Assembly (NCBI GenBank): GCA_963752475.1 | Contig: CAVVYR010000006.1 | Span: 544,001 to 608,000 of the forward strand | Direction: 5' to 3' | DNA length: 64,000 nt | Origin: an uncultured Chloroflexia bacterium | GTDB lineage: Bacteria; Chloroflexota; Limnocylindria; Limnocylindrales; CSP1-4 | Shown: one piece after another, positions 29,243-38,700 of the stretch | How positions within the stretch are numbered: position 1 is the stretch's first letter | How the letters are laid out: each line of letters begins with the position of its first letter | Notes under the pieces: generated by a model | Seen by the model: the letters and a program-made list of their open reading frames with translations, nothing else | What the model was told of the DNA's origin: nothing | Databases searched by the model: none | Position numbers and translations under genes: made by a program

Positions 29243-30511
29243 ATGTCCCGACTCATCGTCCAGAAGTACGGCGGCTCCTCGCTCGCAGATGCCGAGCGGA
29301 TCCGCCACGTCGCCGGGCGCATCGCGCGCGACCGCCGCGAGGGCGCAGACCTCGTGGTCGTCGTCAGCGCCATGGGTGACACCACCGACCACCTGACCGA
29401 GTTGGCTGCGGCCATCACCGATGAGCCCGATCCGCGCGAGATGGATCTGCTCCTGGCCACCGGCGAGCACATGAGCGGCACGCTCGTGACCATGGCGCTC
29501 CACGCGCAGGGCATCGAGGCCGTCTCGCTGACCGGCCCTCAGGCCGGCATCCGCACCGACACCGCCCACGGCCGTGCGCGCATCGCCAACATCGACCCCG
29601 CGCGGATGCACCGCGAGATCGAACGCGGCCGCGTCGTCATCGTGGCCGGCTTCCAGGGCTCCACGGCCGAGTCCTACGACACCGCTGAGATCACGACCCT
29701 CGGCCGTGGTGGCTCCGACACCACCGCGGTGGCGCTGGCCGCGCGCCTCGGGGCAGATGCCTGCGAGATCTACACGGACGTGGAGGGCATCTTCACGACC
29801 GATCCGCGCGTCGTTCCCGACGCGCAACTCATCCCCACCATCGGCTACGAGGAGATGCTCGAGCTCGCCCATCAGGGCGCGACGGTCATGCAGACCCGAG
29901 CCGTGGAGCTGGGTTGGGTCAACGACGTCGTCATCCGGGTGCGCTCCACGTTCAGCGACCACCCCGGCACCAGCATCCAGGAGGTTTCCGCTGTGGAGCT
30001 GCGAGACAAGGTCCGGGCCATGGCCCTCGACCGCAAGGTGGCCAAGGTCACCATCGTGGGTGTGCCCGATCGCCCGGGCATCGCCAGGTCCATCTTCGAG
30101 CCCATGGCCGACCAGGGCCTCAACGTCGACATGATCGTGCAGAACGTCGGCCACGACGGCAGCACGGACATGTCCTTCACCGTCGAGCGTTCCAACGTCG
30201 CCCGCACCGAGCGACTGCTCGAGCTGCTGGGCAAGGAGCTCGGTTTCGAAGACGTCCAGACCGACCCCGACGTGGCCAAGGTCTCGATCGTGGGTGAGGG
30301 CATCCATAACCACCCTGGCTATGCCGCCCAGATGTTCGGCGCGCTCGCGGACGAGGGCATCAACATCAGCATGATCTCGACCTCGGAGATCCGTATCACC
30401 TGCATCATCGCCGAGGACCAGATCGACGCCGCCGCCAAGGCCATCCACCGCACCTTCAGGCTGCAGGAGCCGGAGACCGCCGACCCGACGGCGGGACTCA
30501 CCGCTGGCTGA
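29243..30511 (+). CDS. lysC: Aspartate kinase (alpha subunit)
   Basis: VQKYGGSS, VVSAMG, TLGRGGSD, two ACT domains and ISTSEI. Confidence 0.97.
   Translation: MSRLIVQKYGGSSLADAERIRHVAGRIARDRREGADLVVVVSAMGDTTDHLTELAAAITDEPDPREMDLLLATGEHMSGTLVTMALHAQGIEAVSLTGPQAGIRTDTAHGRARIANIDPARMHREIERGRVVIVAGFQGSTAESYDTAEITTLGRGGSDTTAVALAARLGADACEIYTDVEGIFTTDPRVVPDAQLIPTIGYEEMLELAHQGATVMQTRAVELGWVNDVVIRVRSTFSDHPGTSIQEVSAVELRDKVRAMALDRKVAKVTIVGVPDRPGIARSIFEPMADQGLNVDMIVQNVGHDGSTDMSFTVERSNVARTERLLELLGKELGFEDVQTDPDVAKVSIVGEGIHNHPGYAAQMFGALADEGINISMISTSEIRITCIIAEDQIDAAAKAIHRTFRLQEPETADPTAGLTAG
29993..30511 (+). CDS. Probable aspartate kinase beta subunit (in-frame internal start)
   Basis: AGGAGG (29979-29984) 8 nt before an in-frame GTG at codon 251, at the start of the ACT region. 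Confidence 0.72.
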   Translation: MELRDKVRAMALDRKVAKVTIVGVPDRPGIARSIFEPMADQGLNVDMIVQNVGHDGSTDMSFTVERSNVARTERLLELLGKELGFEDVQTDPDVAKVSIVGEGIHNHPGYAAQMFGALADEGINISMISTSEIRITCIIAEDQIDAAAKAIHRTFRLQEPETADPTAGLTAG

Positions 30512-30524
30512 GCTCGCGGGAGGC

Positions 30525-31325
30525 GTGCCCGAGTTCGTCTCCCGCTTGGAGCGATTCGACCGCGTCGGTTCGACGCAGGCCGTCGTGCGCGGCTGGCTCG
30601 ACGAGGGTGGCGACGAGGTCTGCGTCGCGGTGGCCGACGTCCAGAGCGACGGCCGTGGTCGACTCGACCGCATCTGGCAGGACCGCCCCGGCGGTTCGCT
30701 GCTCGTCTCGGTCGGCTTCCGACCCATGGGCATCTCCGCCGTCCACGCCTGGCGACTGCCGGCCATCGTCTCGATCGCCATGCTCGGTGCGGCCACCTCG
30801 CTCCTGGGGCCGACGGCCGACCGCCTGGCGTTGAAGTGGCCCAACGACATCATCGCTGTCCATCACGGCCGGCTGCGCAAGGTCGCCGGCGTGCTCACCG
30901 AGTCGGGGCTGCAGGGTGATCGACTGAGCACCTCGGTCGTGGGCATCGGAGTCAACGTCGACTGGGCCAAGGGCGACTACCCCCATGAGCTGGCTGACTC
31001 CATGTGGAGCCTGTCAGAGGCGTCCGGGCGTCGCCGCATCGATCGGGACGCGTTGCTCTCGGCTTGGCTGGAGCGGCTCGGCCCACTCTACGAGGATCTG
31101 AAGTCGGGCCACTTCGACAGCCTGCGCTGGGCCGACGCACAGATCCAGACCGGTGCCACGGTCGAGGTCCAGACCGGCGCGGACGTGATCAGCGGTATCG
31201 CCGTCGGCGTCGACCGTGATGGCGGGGCGCTGCTGGTGCGGACGGGACCTGGCCGGCCCTTGAGCGCGATCGCCGTGGGCGACGTCTTGCGCTGTTCGGT
31301 GGATGACGCCGACGCAACGGTGTAA
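30525..31325 (+). CDS. birA: Biotin protein ligase (no N-terminal HTH)
   Basis: GRGR, KWPND, KVAGVL and GIGVN; GGAGG RBS. Confidence 0.92.
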   Translation: MPEFVSRLERFDRVGSTQAVVRGWLDEGGDEVCVAVADVQSDGRGRLDRIWQDRPGGSLLVSVGFRPMGISAVHAWRLPAIVSIAMLGAATSLLGPTADRLALKWPNDIIAVHHGRLRKVAGVLTESGLQGDRLSTSVVGIGVNVDWAKGDYPHELADSMWSLSEASGRRRIDRDALLSAWLERLGPLYEDLKSGHFDSLRWADAQIQTGATVEVQTGADVISGIAVGVDRDGGALLVRTGPGRPLSAIAVGDVLRCSVDDADATV

Positions 31326-31341
31326 CGGCTAGACTTCGTCG

Positions 31342-31935
31342 GTGTTCTGGAAGGGGAGAGGGCGTAGTGAGTCCGCGGCTGTCGTCGTTCCGTTCGATGC
31401 GGATCGGCCGGCGGTCGAGGCCGCCAAACGGGATCCTGGCGCCTTCGAGCAGCTGTATCGGAAGTACGTGGCCCAGATCTACTCACTCGCGCTCTACGAG
31501 ACTCGTGACCCGCACGCCGCGGAGGACATCACCGAAGGGGTGTTCCTGAGGGCGTTCGCGGCGTTGCCGCGTTTCCGCGAGCAAGGCGAGGGCGAGGCTT
31601 CGACGTTCAAGTCGTGGCTCTACACCATCGCTCGAAACGCCATCTCCAACGAGCGACGACGCGATCGTCGCCATCCGGAAGACCCCATCGAGCTGGCGCT
31701 CGACCTGCGCGCGCCCGATGACCCTGCCGCTACCGCCGAGACGCGCATGGAGACACAGCGCGCGTTGCAGGCAGTGATGGAGTTGCCGCCCGAGCGCCGT
31801 CAGGCTGTCGTGCTGCGCTTCGTCAACGAGCTCAGTGCTCGGGAGATCGGCGAGATCATGGGCAAGTCGGAGGGCGCCGTGCGCGTGCTGATCCATCGCG
31901 CACTGACCTCGGTGCGGCAGCGACTGGAGCCATGA
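31342..31935 (+). CDS. ECF RNA polymerase sigma factor
   Basis: AFEQLY, AEDI, FKSWLYTIARN and region 4 (EIGEIMGKSEGAVRVLIHRA). Confidence 0.92.
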   Translation: MFWKGRGRSESAAVVVPFDADRPAVEAAKRDPGAFEQLYRKYVAQIYSLALYETRDPHAAEDITEGVFLRAFAALPRFREQGEGEASTFKSWLYTIARNAISNERRRDRRHPEDPIELALDLRAPDDPAATAETRMETQRALQAVMELPPERRQAVVLRFVNELSAREIGEIMGKSEGAVRVLIHRALTSVRQRLEP

Positions 31936-32357
31936 CCAGGACGCCAGAGTCCGCGGCCCAGCTAGACGACGCCATCGACGCCATCATCAGGAAGGCCGGT
32001 GGTCCGTTGCCACACGACGATGACTCGCTCGTGGCCACGGCTCGTCTGCTGCGTCGTGCCCTGCCCCGTCTGCACCCCAGCTTCAGCTTCGAGGAGCACC
32101 TCGCAGCGCGGCTGGCCGCCGCTCGCCGCATGGATCTGGCGCCGGCCACCGCCGCGATGGCCGCCCCCGCGCCCATCAGGCCGGACATCGAGATCGAGCC
32201 GCCGGTGGACACTGTCGATGCCGCGGCCAGCGAGCGTCGCCGCCGCCATCTCGTCGCCGGTGGAGCGATCGCTTCGGGTGTCTCCCTGGCGCTGCCCATC
32301 GCCGGTGCGGCCATCGTGGCCTGGCGGCGCTCCCGCTCGTCGGGAGGGCTGTTCTAG
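31932..32357 (+). CDS. Putative membrane-anchored anti-sigma factor
   Basis: ATGA-coupled to the ECF sigma; short soluble N-domain and one C-terminal hydrophobic helix followed by basic residues. Confidence 0.55.
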   Translation: MTRTPESAAQLDDAIDAIIRKAGGPLPHDDDSLVATARLLRRALPRLHPSFSFEEHLAARLAAARRMDLAPATAAMAAPAPIRPDIEIEPPVDTVDAAASERRRRHLVAGGAIASGVSLALPIAGAAIVAWRRSRSSGGLF

Positions 32358-33265
32358 TGCCCATCCAGTGGCCCTTCCGTCCCCGCCCCGATTCGTCCCG
32401 CTCCGATCTCTGGACCAAGTGCCCCAGCTGCGACGAGATGATCTACAACAAACAGCTGGAGCAGAACCAGCGCGTCTGCCCTCGGTGCGGCCACCACTTC
32501 CGTCTGCGCGTGGACATGCGCCTTAGCATCCTGCTCGACCACGACAGCTTCGAGGAACAGGATCGCGGGCTCGAGTCGCTCGATCCGTTGGGCTTCGTCG
32601 ACCTCAAGGCCTACCCCGAGCGCGTGGCCCAGCAGCAGGAGAAGACCGGCATCCGCGATGCCGCTGTCTGGGGCTACGGCACCATCGATGGCCAGCGCGT
32701 CTCGATCGCGGCCATGGACTTCGCCTATATGGGCGGCTCGATGGGTTCGGTCGTGGGCGAGAAGATCACCCGTGCCGCGGAGGCCGCCAGCGAAGAGCGC
32801 ATCCCCTACATCGCCATCAGCACCTCCGGTGGCGCACGCATGCAGGAGGGCACGCTGGCGCTGATGCAGCTGGTCAAGACCTGCGCCGCGGTGGAGCGAC
32901 TGGCCCGGGCGGGTGTGCCCTACATCAGCATCCTCAGCGATCCCACCACCGGTGGCGTCTTCGCTTCGTTCTCCGCGCTCGGTGACGTCAACATCGCCGA
33001 GCCGAACGCGCTCATCGGCTTCGCCGGCGCTCGCGTCGCGGCCGGTACCACCGGCGATGAACTGCCCGAGGGATTCCAGCGCTCGGAGTTCCTGTTCAAG
33101 CACGGTTTCGTGGACCTCGTGGTGGAGCGAGGTGAGCTGCGGGCGGAGGTCTCGCGCCTGCTCGGCTACCTACAGCCGCGTGTCGAACGACACCACGACG
33201 GCAACGGTGGCGCTGCCGGGGCGGACGAACGCGCCGGCGCAGATGCGGAGGCCATCCGTGGTTGA
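32357..33265 (+). CDS. accD: Acetyl-CoA carboxylase carboxyltransferase beta subunit
   Basis: LWTKCPSC..CPRC zinc ribbon, MGGSMGSVVGEK, SGGARMQEG and FQRSEFL. Confidence 0.97.
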   Translation: MPIQWPFRPRPDSSRSDLWTKCPSCDEMIYNKQLEQNQRVCPRCGHHFRLRVDMRLSILLDHDSFEEQDRGLESLDPLGFVDLKAYPERVAQQQEKTGIRDAAVWGYGTIDGQRVSIAAMDFAYMGGSMGSVVGEKITRAAEAASEERIPYIAISTSGGARMQEGTLALMQLVKTCAAVERLARAGVPYISILSDPTTGGVFASFSALGDVNIAEPNALIGFAGARVAAGTTGDELPEGFQRSEFLFKHGFVDLVVERGELRAEVSRLLGYLQPRVERHHDGNGGAAGADERAGADAEAIRG

Positions 33266-34343
33266 GTCGGACATGCAGGAGGTCGCCCCCGTGGCTGCCG
33301 AGGCTGCGCTGAATGGCGACGTGCCGGCCATCGACGACGAGGCCTTGCGTGATGCTGTCTGGGCGCGCGTGCAGATGGCCCGCAACGTCCAGCGACCCCA
33401 CACGCTCGAGCTGGTGCAGAGCATGGCCACCGACGTCGTCGAGCTGCATGGCGATCGCCGCTTTGGCGACGACCCCGCGCTCGTCGGCGGCTTCGCGACC
33501 ATCGGCAGCCATCGCGTCGTGTTCATGGGCCACCAGAAGGGCAACGAGGTGGAGGAGAACATCCGCCGCAACTTCGGTATGCCTCATCCCGAGGGCTATC
33601 GCAAGGCCGGTCGCCTGCTGAAGCTGGCAGAGCGGCTGGGTCTGCCCGTGGTCACTTTCGTCGACACCCCTGGTGCCGCACCCGACGCGCCATCGGAGGA
33701 ACGCGGCCAGGCGGAGGCCATCGCCCGCAACATCGCCGACATGACCTCGTTGCGTACGCCCATCGTGACCGTCATCACCGGTGAGGGCGGTTCGGGCGGC
33801 GCACTGGCCATCGCCGTCGGCGACGTCGTGCTCGCACTCGAGAACGCGATCTACTCGGTCATCAGCCCCGAAGGCTGCGCCAGCATCCTGTGGCGCACCG
33901 CCGACATGGCCAAGCAGGCCGCTGTGGCCATGCGCCTGACCGCCCGTGAGCAGCAGGCCCTGGGCGTCATCGACACCGTCATCGGTGAGCCCGGTGAGGG
34001 TGCACATGATGATCCAGAGGAGACCGCGCGACGCCTGGGTGAGGCCATCGAGGCCCAGCTGGAGGCGCTCGTCCACCACGATCTGGATCTGCTCGTGCGG
34101 GCGCGCTACACGCGCTACCGCGACTACGGCGCGTTCACCACCAAGGACCTGCCAGTGCGAGAGCGCCGAGAGCGTCAGAATTGGGTCGACCGGCTGCGCG
34201 CGCTCCTGGACTCCGGACAGAGCGTCGTCGGCGTGGGCGAGGGCCAGCGCCTGGCGCCCGAGGCGGTCGACGACGATGATGAGGAACGTGAGACCGAGGT
34301 CGATGGGCATGCCCACCTCGGGGACGATGGGAGTGATAAGTGA
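33258..34343 (+). CDS. accA: Acetyl-CoA carboxylase carboxyltransferase alpha subunit
   Basis: ELHGDR, RNFGMPHPEGYRKA, GEGGSGGA and YSVISPEG; start is GTG 33258 or ATG 33273. Confidence 0.96.
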   Translation: MVESDMQEVAPVAAEAALNGDVPAIDDEALRDAVWARVQMARNVQRPHTLELVQSMATDVVELHGDRRFGDDPALVGGFATIGSHRVVFMGHQKGNEVEENIRRNFGMPHPEGYRKAGRLLKLAERLGLPVVTFVDTPGAAPDAPSEERGQAEAIARNIADMTSLRTPIVTVITGEGGSGGALAIAVGDVVLALENAIYSVISPEGCASILWRTADMAKQAAVAMRLTAREQQALGVIDTVIGEPGEGAHDDPEETARRLGEAIEAQLEALVHHDLDLLVRARYTRYRDYGAFTTKDLPVRERRERQNWVDRLRALLDSGQSVVGVGEGQRLAPEAVDDDDEERETEVDGHAHLGDDGSDK

Positions 34344-34843
34344 CCCACGAGACTGCCGGGCGACCGCCGGCGACCGACGCCGACGAGCCGGGGGTGAGCC
34401 TCGAAGGGCTGACCGAGGAGGTGGTGCCCGCGCTCATCGCCCGCCTGCGGGCCAGCCGCCTGGGTGAGCTCGAGGTCAGCACCGGTGGTTGGCGCGTTCG
34501 TCTTCGGCGCGATCCCAGGGCGGGGGCTCACGCGGCCGCGAAGGCCACCTCCGCGCCCGATGGCGCGAACCCGGAGGCTGCCAACGGCAGCGTCGCCCGC
34601 TCCAACGCGGTGGGCTACTTCACACCCGGCCGCGATCTCGTGGTTGGCGCGTCGGTCCAGACCGGCGACCTGCTCGGCAGCATCGATGTACTCGGGATCG
34701 CACAGGAGGTGAGCGCCCCCGACGACGGCATCATCGCCAGCGTCATGGTGGAGGACGGCCAGGCCGTCGAGTTCGGCCAGGTGCTTGCGGAGATCGATCC
34801 GCTCGAGCCCGCTGACGACGGTGCGGAGGACCTGGCCCGATGA
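34340..34843 (+). CDS. BCCP-like protein lacking the biotinyl-lysine (BADC-like)
   Basis: Full BCCP architecture (N-terminal LGELEV, VGYF, VEDGQAVEFGQVL), but IDVLGI replaces IEAMKx. Confidence 0.8.
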   Translation: MTHETAGRPPATDADEPGVSLEGLTEEVVPALIARLRASRLGELEVSTGGWRVRLRRDPRAGAHAAAKATSAPDGANPEAANGSVARSNAVGYFTPGRDLVVGASVQTGDLLGSIDVLGIAQEVSAPDDGIIASVMVEDGQAVEFGQVLAEIDPLEPADDGAEDLAR

Positions 34844-36225
34844 TCGAGCGCGTGCTGATCGCCAACCGAGGCGAGATCGCCGTCCGCATCCTGCGTGCCT
34901 GCCGCAGCATGGGTATCGAGGCCGTCGTGGCCCACAGCGAGGCGGACTCCGACTCGCGTGCGGTGCGCATGGCCGATGAGTCCATCTGCATCGGTCCGGC
35001 CGAATCCGCTCGCTCCTATCTCAACGCGGCGGCCGTCATCAGCGCGGCCCTCGTCAGCGGCTGCGATGCCATCCACCCGGGCTACGGCTTCCTCAGCGAG
35101 GACGACGGCTTCGCGGAGATGACGCGCGCCCATGACCTCATCTTCATCGGCCCCTCGCCGGAGGTGCTGGAGAAGTTCGCCAGCAAGGCCGGCACTCGGG
35201 AGCTGCTCGCCGCCCAGGGCCTGCCCATGGTGCCGGGCTCTGCGGGCATGCTCCGCGACGATGCGCATGCCCTCGAGGAAGCGGAGCGTGTGGGCTACCC
35301 GCTGCTCATCAAGCCCAGCGCTGGTGGCGGTGGCAAGGGCATGCGCATGGTGCGGACCCCGCGCGAGCTGCAGCAGGCGCTGACGGTCTGCCGCTCGGAG
35401 GCGCGCGCCGCCTTCGGTGACGACTCGCTCTATCTCGAGAAGTGGCTGGAGAAGACGCGGCACGTCGAGGTCCAGGTGCTCATCGACAAGCACGGCAACG
35501 GCGTGCACATCGGTGAGCGCGACTGCTCGGTCCAGCGTCGCCACCAGAAGATCGTGGAGGAGTCACCCACCCTGGCGCTCGATGACGCCGGACGTACGCG
35601 GTTGGCCGAGTCGGCCGTGAAGGCGGCCGTGGCCGCCGGCTACGAGAACGCCGGCACCCTCGAGTTCCTCGTCGACGCCGAGGGCGACTACTACTTCATC
35701 GAGATCAACGCGCGCATCCAGGTCGAGCATCCGGTGACCGAGATGCGCAGCGGCATCGACATCGTGGCCGAACAGATCCGGCTGGCCGCGGGCGAGGAGC
35801 TGGGCTATGGCCAGGACGACGTGCGTCTGCGTGGCCACGCCATCGAGTTCCGCATCAACGCCGAGGACGTGAAACAGGACTTCCGTCCCCAGGCCGGGCT
35901 CGTCGAACACTACGTGCCGCCCGGTGGTGCCGGCATCCGCATGGAGACCCATCTCTACAGCGGCTACGAGGTCCCGCCGTATTACGATTCGCTCCTCGGC
36001 AAGCTCATCGTCTGGGGTCCCGATCGCGAGGCCGCCGTGGCGCGCTCGCGCGTCGCCCTGCAGGAGCTGATCGTCGAGGGTATCGAGACCAACATCCCCT
36101 TACATCGGGCCCTTCTGCAGGACGAAACGTTCCTGTCGGGCGGCTTCGACACCAACCTGCTTGACCGCAAGGGCGCGGCGGCCTTCCTCGCCGCCGTCGA
36201 GCCCGAGCAAGGAGCCCGACCATGA
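34840..36225 (+). CDS. accC: Biotin carboxylase
   Basis: ANRGEIA, HPGYGFLSE, GGGGKG, RDCSVQRRHQK and RIQVEHPVTE. Confidence 0.97.
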   Translation: MIERVLIANRGEIAVRILRACRSMGIEAVVAHSEADSDSRAVRMADESICIGPAESARSYLNAAAVISAALVSGCDAIHPGYGFLSEDDGFAEMTRAHDLIFIGPSPEVLEKFASKAGTRELLAAQGLPMVPGSAGMLRDDAHALEEAERVGYPLLIKPSAGGGGKGMRMVRTPRELQQALTVCRSEARAAFGDDSLYLEKWLEKTRHVEVQVLIDKHGNGVHIGERDCSVQRRHQKIVEESPTLALDDAGRTRLAESAVKAAVAAGYENAGTLEFLVDAEGDYYFIEINARIQVEHPVTEMRSGIDIVAEQIRLAAGEELGYGQDDVRLRGHAIEFRINAEDVKQDFRPQAGLVEHYVPPGGAGIRMETHLYSGYEVPPYYDSLLGKLIVWGPDREAAVARSRVALQELIVEGIETNIPLHRALLQDETFLSGGFDTNLLDRKGAAAFLAAVEPEQGARP

Positions 36226-36695
36226 CCGACGGCGTGGAGAAGCCCGCCATCGTGCTGACCGCCACGGAGATCATGAAGGTCATCCCGCATCGCTGGCCCA
36301 TCCTGCTCGTCGACCGTATCGTCGAGCTGGACGAGGAGAAGGGCTACATCAAGGGGCAGAAGGGCGTGACCGCGAGCGAGTGGTTCTTCGGGGGCCACTT
36401 CCCGGAGATGCCCGTGATGCCCGGTGTCCTCCAGGTCGAGGCGCTGGCCCAGACGCTGGGCGTATACGTCGGACAGCTGGACGCCTACCAGGGCCAGATC
36501 GGGCTCTTCGCCGGCATCGACGGCTGCCGCTTCCGCCGCGTCGTACAACCCGGTGACACGCTCGACCTCGAGATCACCATCACCAAGCTCGGCCGCCGCA
36601 TGGCCAAGGCCCACGCCGTCGCCTCGGTCGATGGCGAGGTCGCCTGCGAGACCGACATCTCCGCCATCATCGCCCCTGAAGGAGCCCTCCGATGA
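36222..36695 (+). CDS. fabZ: 3-hydroxyacyl-ACP dehydratase
   Basis: PHRWPILLVD and GHFPEMPVMPGVLQVEALAQ. Confidence 0.95.
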   Translation: MTDGVEKPAIVLTATEIMKVIPHRWPILLVDRIVELDEEKGYIKGQKGVTASEWFFGGHFPEMPVMPGVLQVEALAQTLGVYVGQLDAYQGQIGLFAGIDGCRFRRVVQPGDTLDLEITITKLGRRMAKAHAVASVDGEVACETDISAIIAPEGALR

Positions 36696-37438
36696 GCCTG
36701 CGCCTTGCGCTCGTCTCCGACATCCACGGCAACCTCGCCGCACTGGAAGCCGCCCTCGCGGAGATCGAGAAGGCCGCGCCCGATCGCATCCTCCTCCTCG
36801 GCGACTTTGTCCAGAACGGACCCAAACCGGCAGAGGTCATCGACGTGGTCCAGGCGCTCGAGGCGGCCGGTGCCTACGTCATCGCGGGCAACACCGACAT
36901 CGCCGTCGCCGATGGCGACTACACCGCCGCCTTCCCCTGGCTCGACGACGTTCCGACCGCTCATCGTGCCGTGGCCGAGTGGACTCGCGAGCAGCTCAGC
37001 GACGACCAGCTCGAGTACCTGCGGCGCTTGCCGGCCGAGCGGCGGGTGGCGCTCGGGGATGAATTCGTGCTGGGCACTCACGGTTCGCCCGGTAGCCAGA
37101 CGCTGGGCCTGCCGGCCGACCTGGACCCGGCCATCGCCGTGCAGCGCGTGACCCGCACCGACGCGCGCGTCATCGCCTGCGGCCACACCCACCTTGCCGA
37201 CGTGCGTGACTTCGGGCGCAAGCTCATCGTCAACCCCGGCTCGTGTGGCTACGCCTTCGACGGCACGCCTGATGCCTGTTGGGGCCTGGTCACCCTCGAG
37301 GAGGGGGAAGAGCCCAGTGCGGAGCTGTTCCGGGCCACCTACGACCCCAACCCCACCGCCGAGCTGGTGGCCGATCGCGGTCTGGCCGGCGACGTCTACC
37401 GTGCAGCCACCATCCGAACCGGGAGATTCGTCCGATGA
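36692..37438 (+). CDS. Calcineurin-like metallophosphoesterase
   Basis: SDIHGN, LGD, GNTD, HGSP, GHTH and NPGS. Confidence 0.9.
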   Translation: MSLRLALVSDIHGNLAALEAALAEIEKAAPDRILLLGDFVQNGPKPAEVIDVVQALEAAGAYVIAGNTDIAVADGDYTAAFPWLDDVPTAHRAVAEWTREQLSDDQLEYLRRLPAERRVALGDEFVLGTHGSPGSQTLGLPADLDPAIAVQRVTRTDARVIACGHTHLADVRDFGRKLIVNPGSCGYAFDGTPDACWGLVTLEEGEEPSAELFRATYDPNPTAELVADRGLAGDVYRAATIRTGRFVR

Positions 37439-38700
37439 CCTTCGTCGCCGGAGGGCGCCGCGTGGTCGTGACCGGCCTCGGCGCCGTGACCGCCCTTGGG
37501 AACGACGTGCCCACGTACTGGCGGCGCCTCGTGGCGGGCGAGTCTGGCATCGGTGCGATCACGCTCTTCGACGCCTCTGCCATGACCAGCCGGATCGCGG
37601 GCGAGTGCTCGGAGTTCGATCCCTCGACCGTGCTCGACCGCAAGGAGATCCGACGCACCGACCGCACCACGCAGATGGCCCTCGTGTCCATCCGCGAGGC
37701 CTTCGAGGACGCCGGCCTGCCCGAGCGCCTGGAAGGGGAGGAAGCCGAGGCCACCGGCATCCTCATGGGTTCCGGCCTCGGCGGCACCATCACGCTCATC
37801 GATCAGATCGCGACGACGCGTATCGAGGGGCCTGGCAAGGTCAGTCCCTTCTTCATCCCCATGGCTATCGCCAACATGCCCGCCGGTGTCGCCGGCATCA
37901 AGTTCGGGGCCCAGGGACCCAACTACTCGACCACCAGCGCCTGCGCTTCGTCCGGGCACGCCATCGGTGAGGCCTACGAGACCATCAAGAGAGGCGACGC
38001 CGACATGATGGTGGCCGGTGGCTGCGAGGCTCCGGTGGCCGACGCGACCGTGGCCGGCTTCGCGCGCATGAAGGCACTCTCGACGCGCAACGACGACCCG
38101 CCGGCCGCGAGCCGGCCCTTCGACGCCGATCGCGACGGCTTCGTCGTGGCCGAGGGCTCGGCCGCGCTCATCCTCGAGGATCTCGACCGTGCACAGCGTC
38201 GCGGCGCTCGCATCTACGCAGAGGTCAAGGGCTATGCCGCGACCGCTGACGCCTATCACATCACCACGCCGACCCCGGGAGGCGTGGGTGCCGTGCGCGC
38301 CGCACGTCGCGCCTTGCACAAGGCCGGGCTCGAGCCGGGCGACATCGATCTCGTGAGCGCGCACGCGACCGCCACCGGCGAGGGCGACCCCACCGAGCTC
38401 ATGGGCATCAATACGCTCGTAGGCGAGCACGCGCCGGAGGTCAGCGTGACCGCCACCAAGTCGTCCATCGGCCACACCCTCGGTGCTGCCGGTGCGGTCG
38501 CCGCCGTGGCCGTGGTCAAGGCCCTCGAGGAGGGGGTCGTGCCACCCACGCTCAACCTGCACCAGCCCGACGAGAACGCCGGTGAGCTCGACCTCACCCC
38601 CCTGACGTCGCGTGAGCGCGAGATGAAGGTGGCCCTCGTCAACTCGTTCGGCTTCGGCGGCCAGAACTCTGCCGTCATCGTCGAGCGATGGGAGGGCTGA
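37435..38700 (+). CDS. fabF: 3-oxoacyl-ACP synthase II
   Basis: RRVVVTGLG, SACAS, AHATAT, KSSIGH and NSFGFGG (Cys-His-His triad). Confidence 0.96.
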   Translation: MTFVAGGRRVVVTGLGAVTALGNDVPTYWRRLVAGESGIGAITLFDASAMTSRIAGECSEFDPSTVLDRKEIRRTDRTTQMALVSIREAFEDAGLPERLEGEEAEATGILMGSGLGGTITLIDQIATTRIEGPGKVSPFFIPMAIANMPAGVAGIKFGAQGPNYSTTSACASSGHAIGEAYETIKRGDADMMVAGGCEAPVADATVAGFARMKALSTRNDDPPAASRPFDADRDGFVVAEGSAALILEDLDRAQRRGARIYAEVKGYAATADAYHITTPTPGGVGAVRAARRALHKAGLEPGDIDLVSAHATATGEGDPTELMGINTLVGEHAPEVSVTATKSSIGHTLGAAGAVAAVAVVKALEEGVVPPTLNLHQPDENAGELDLTPLTSREREMKVALVNSFGFGGQNSAVIVERWEG

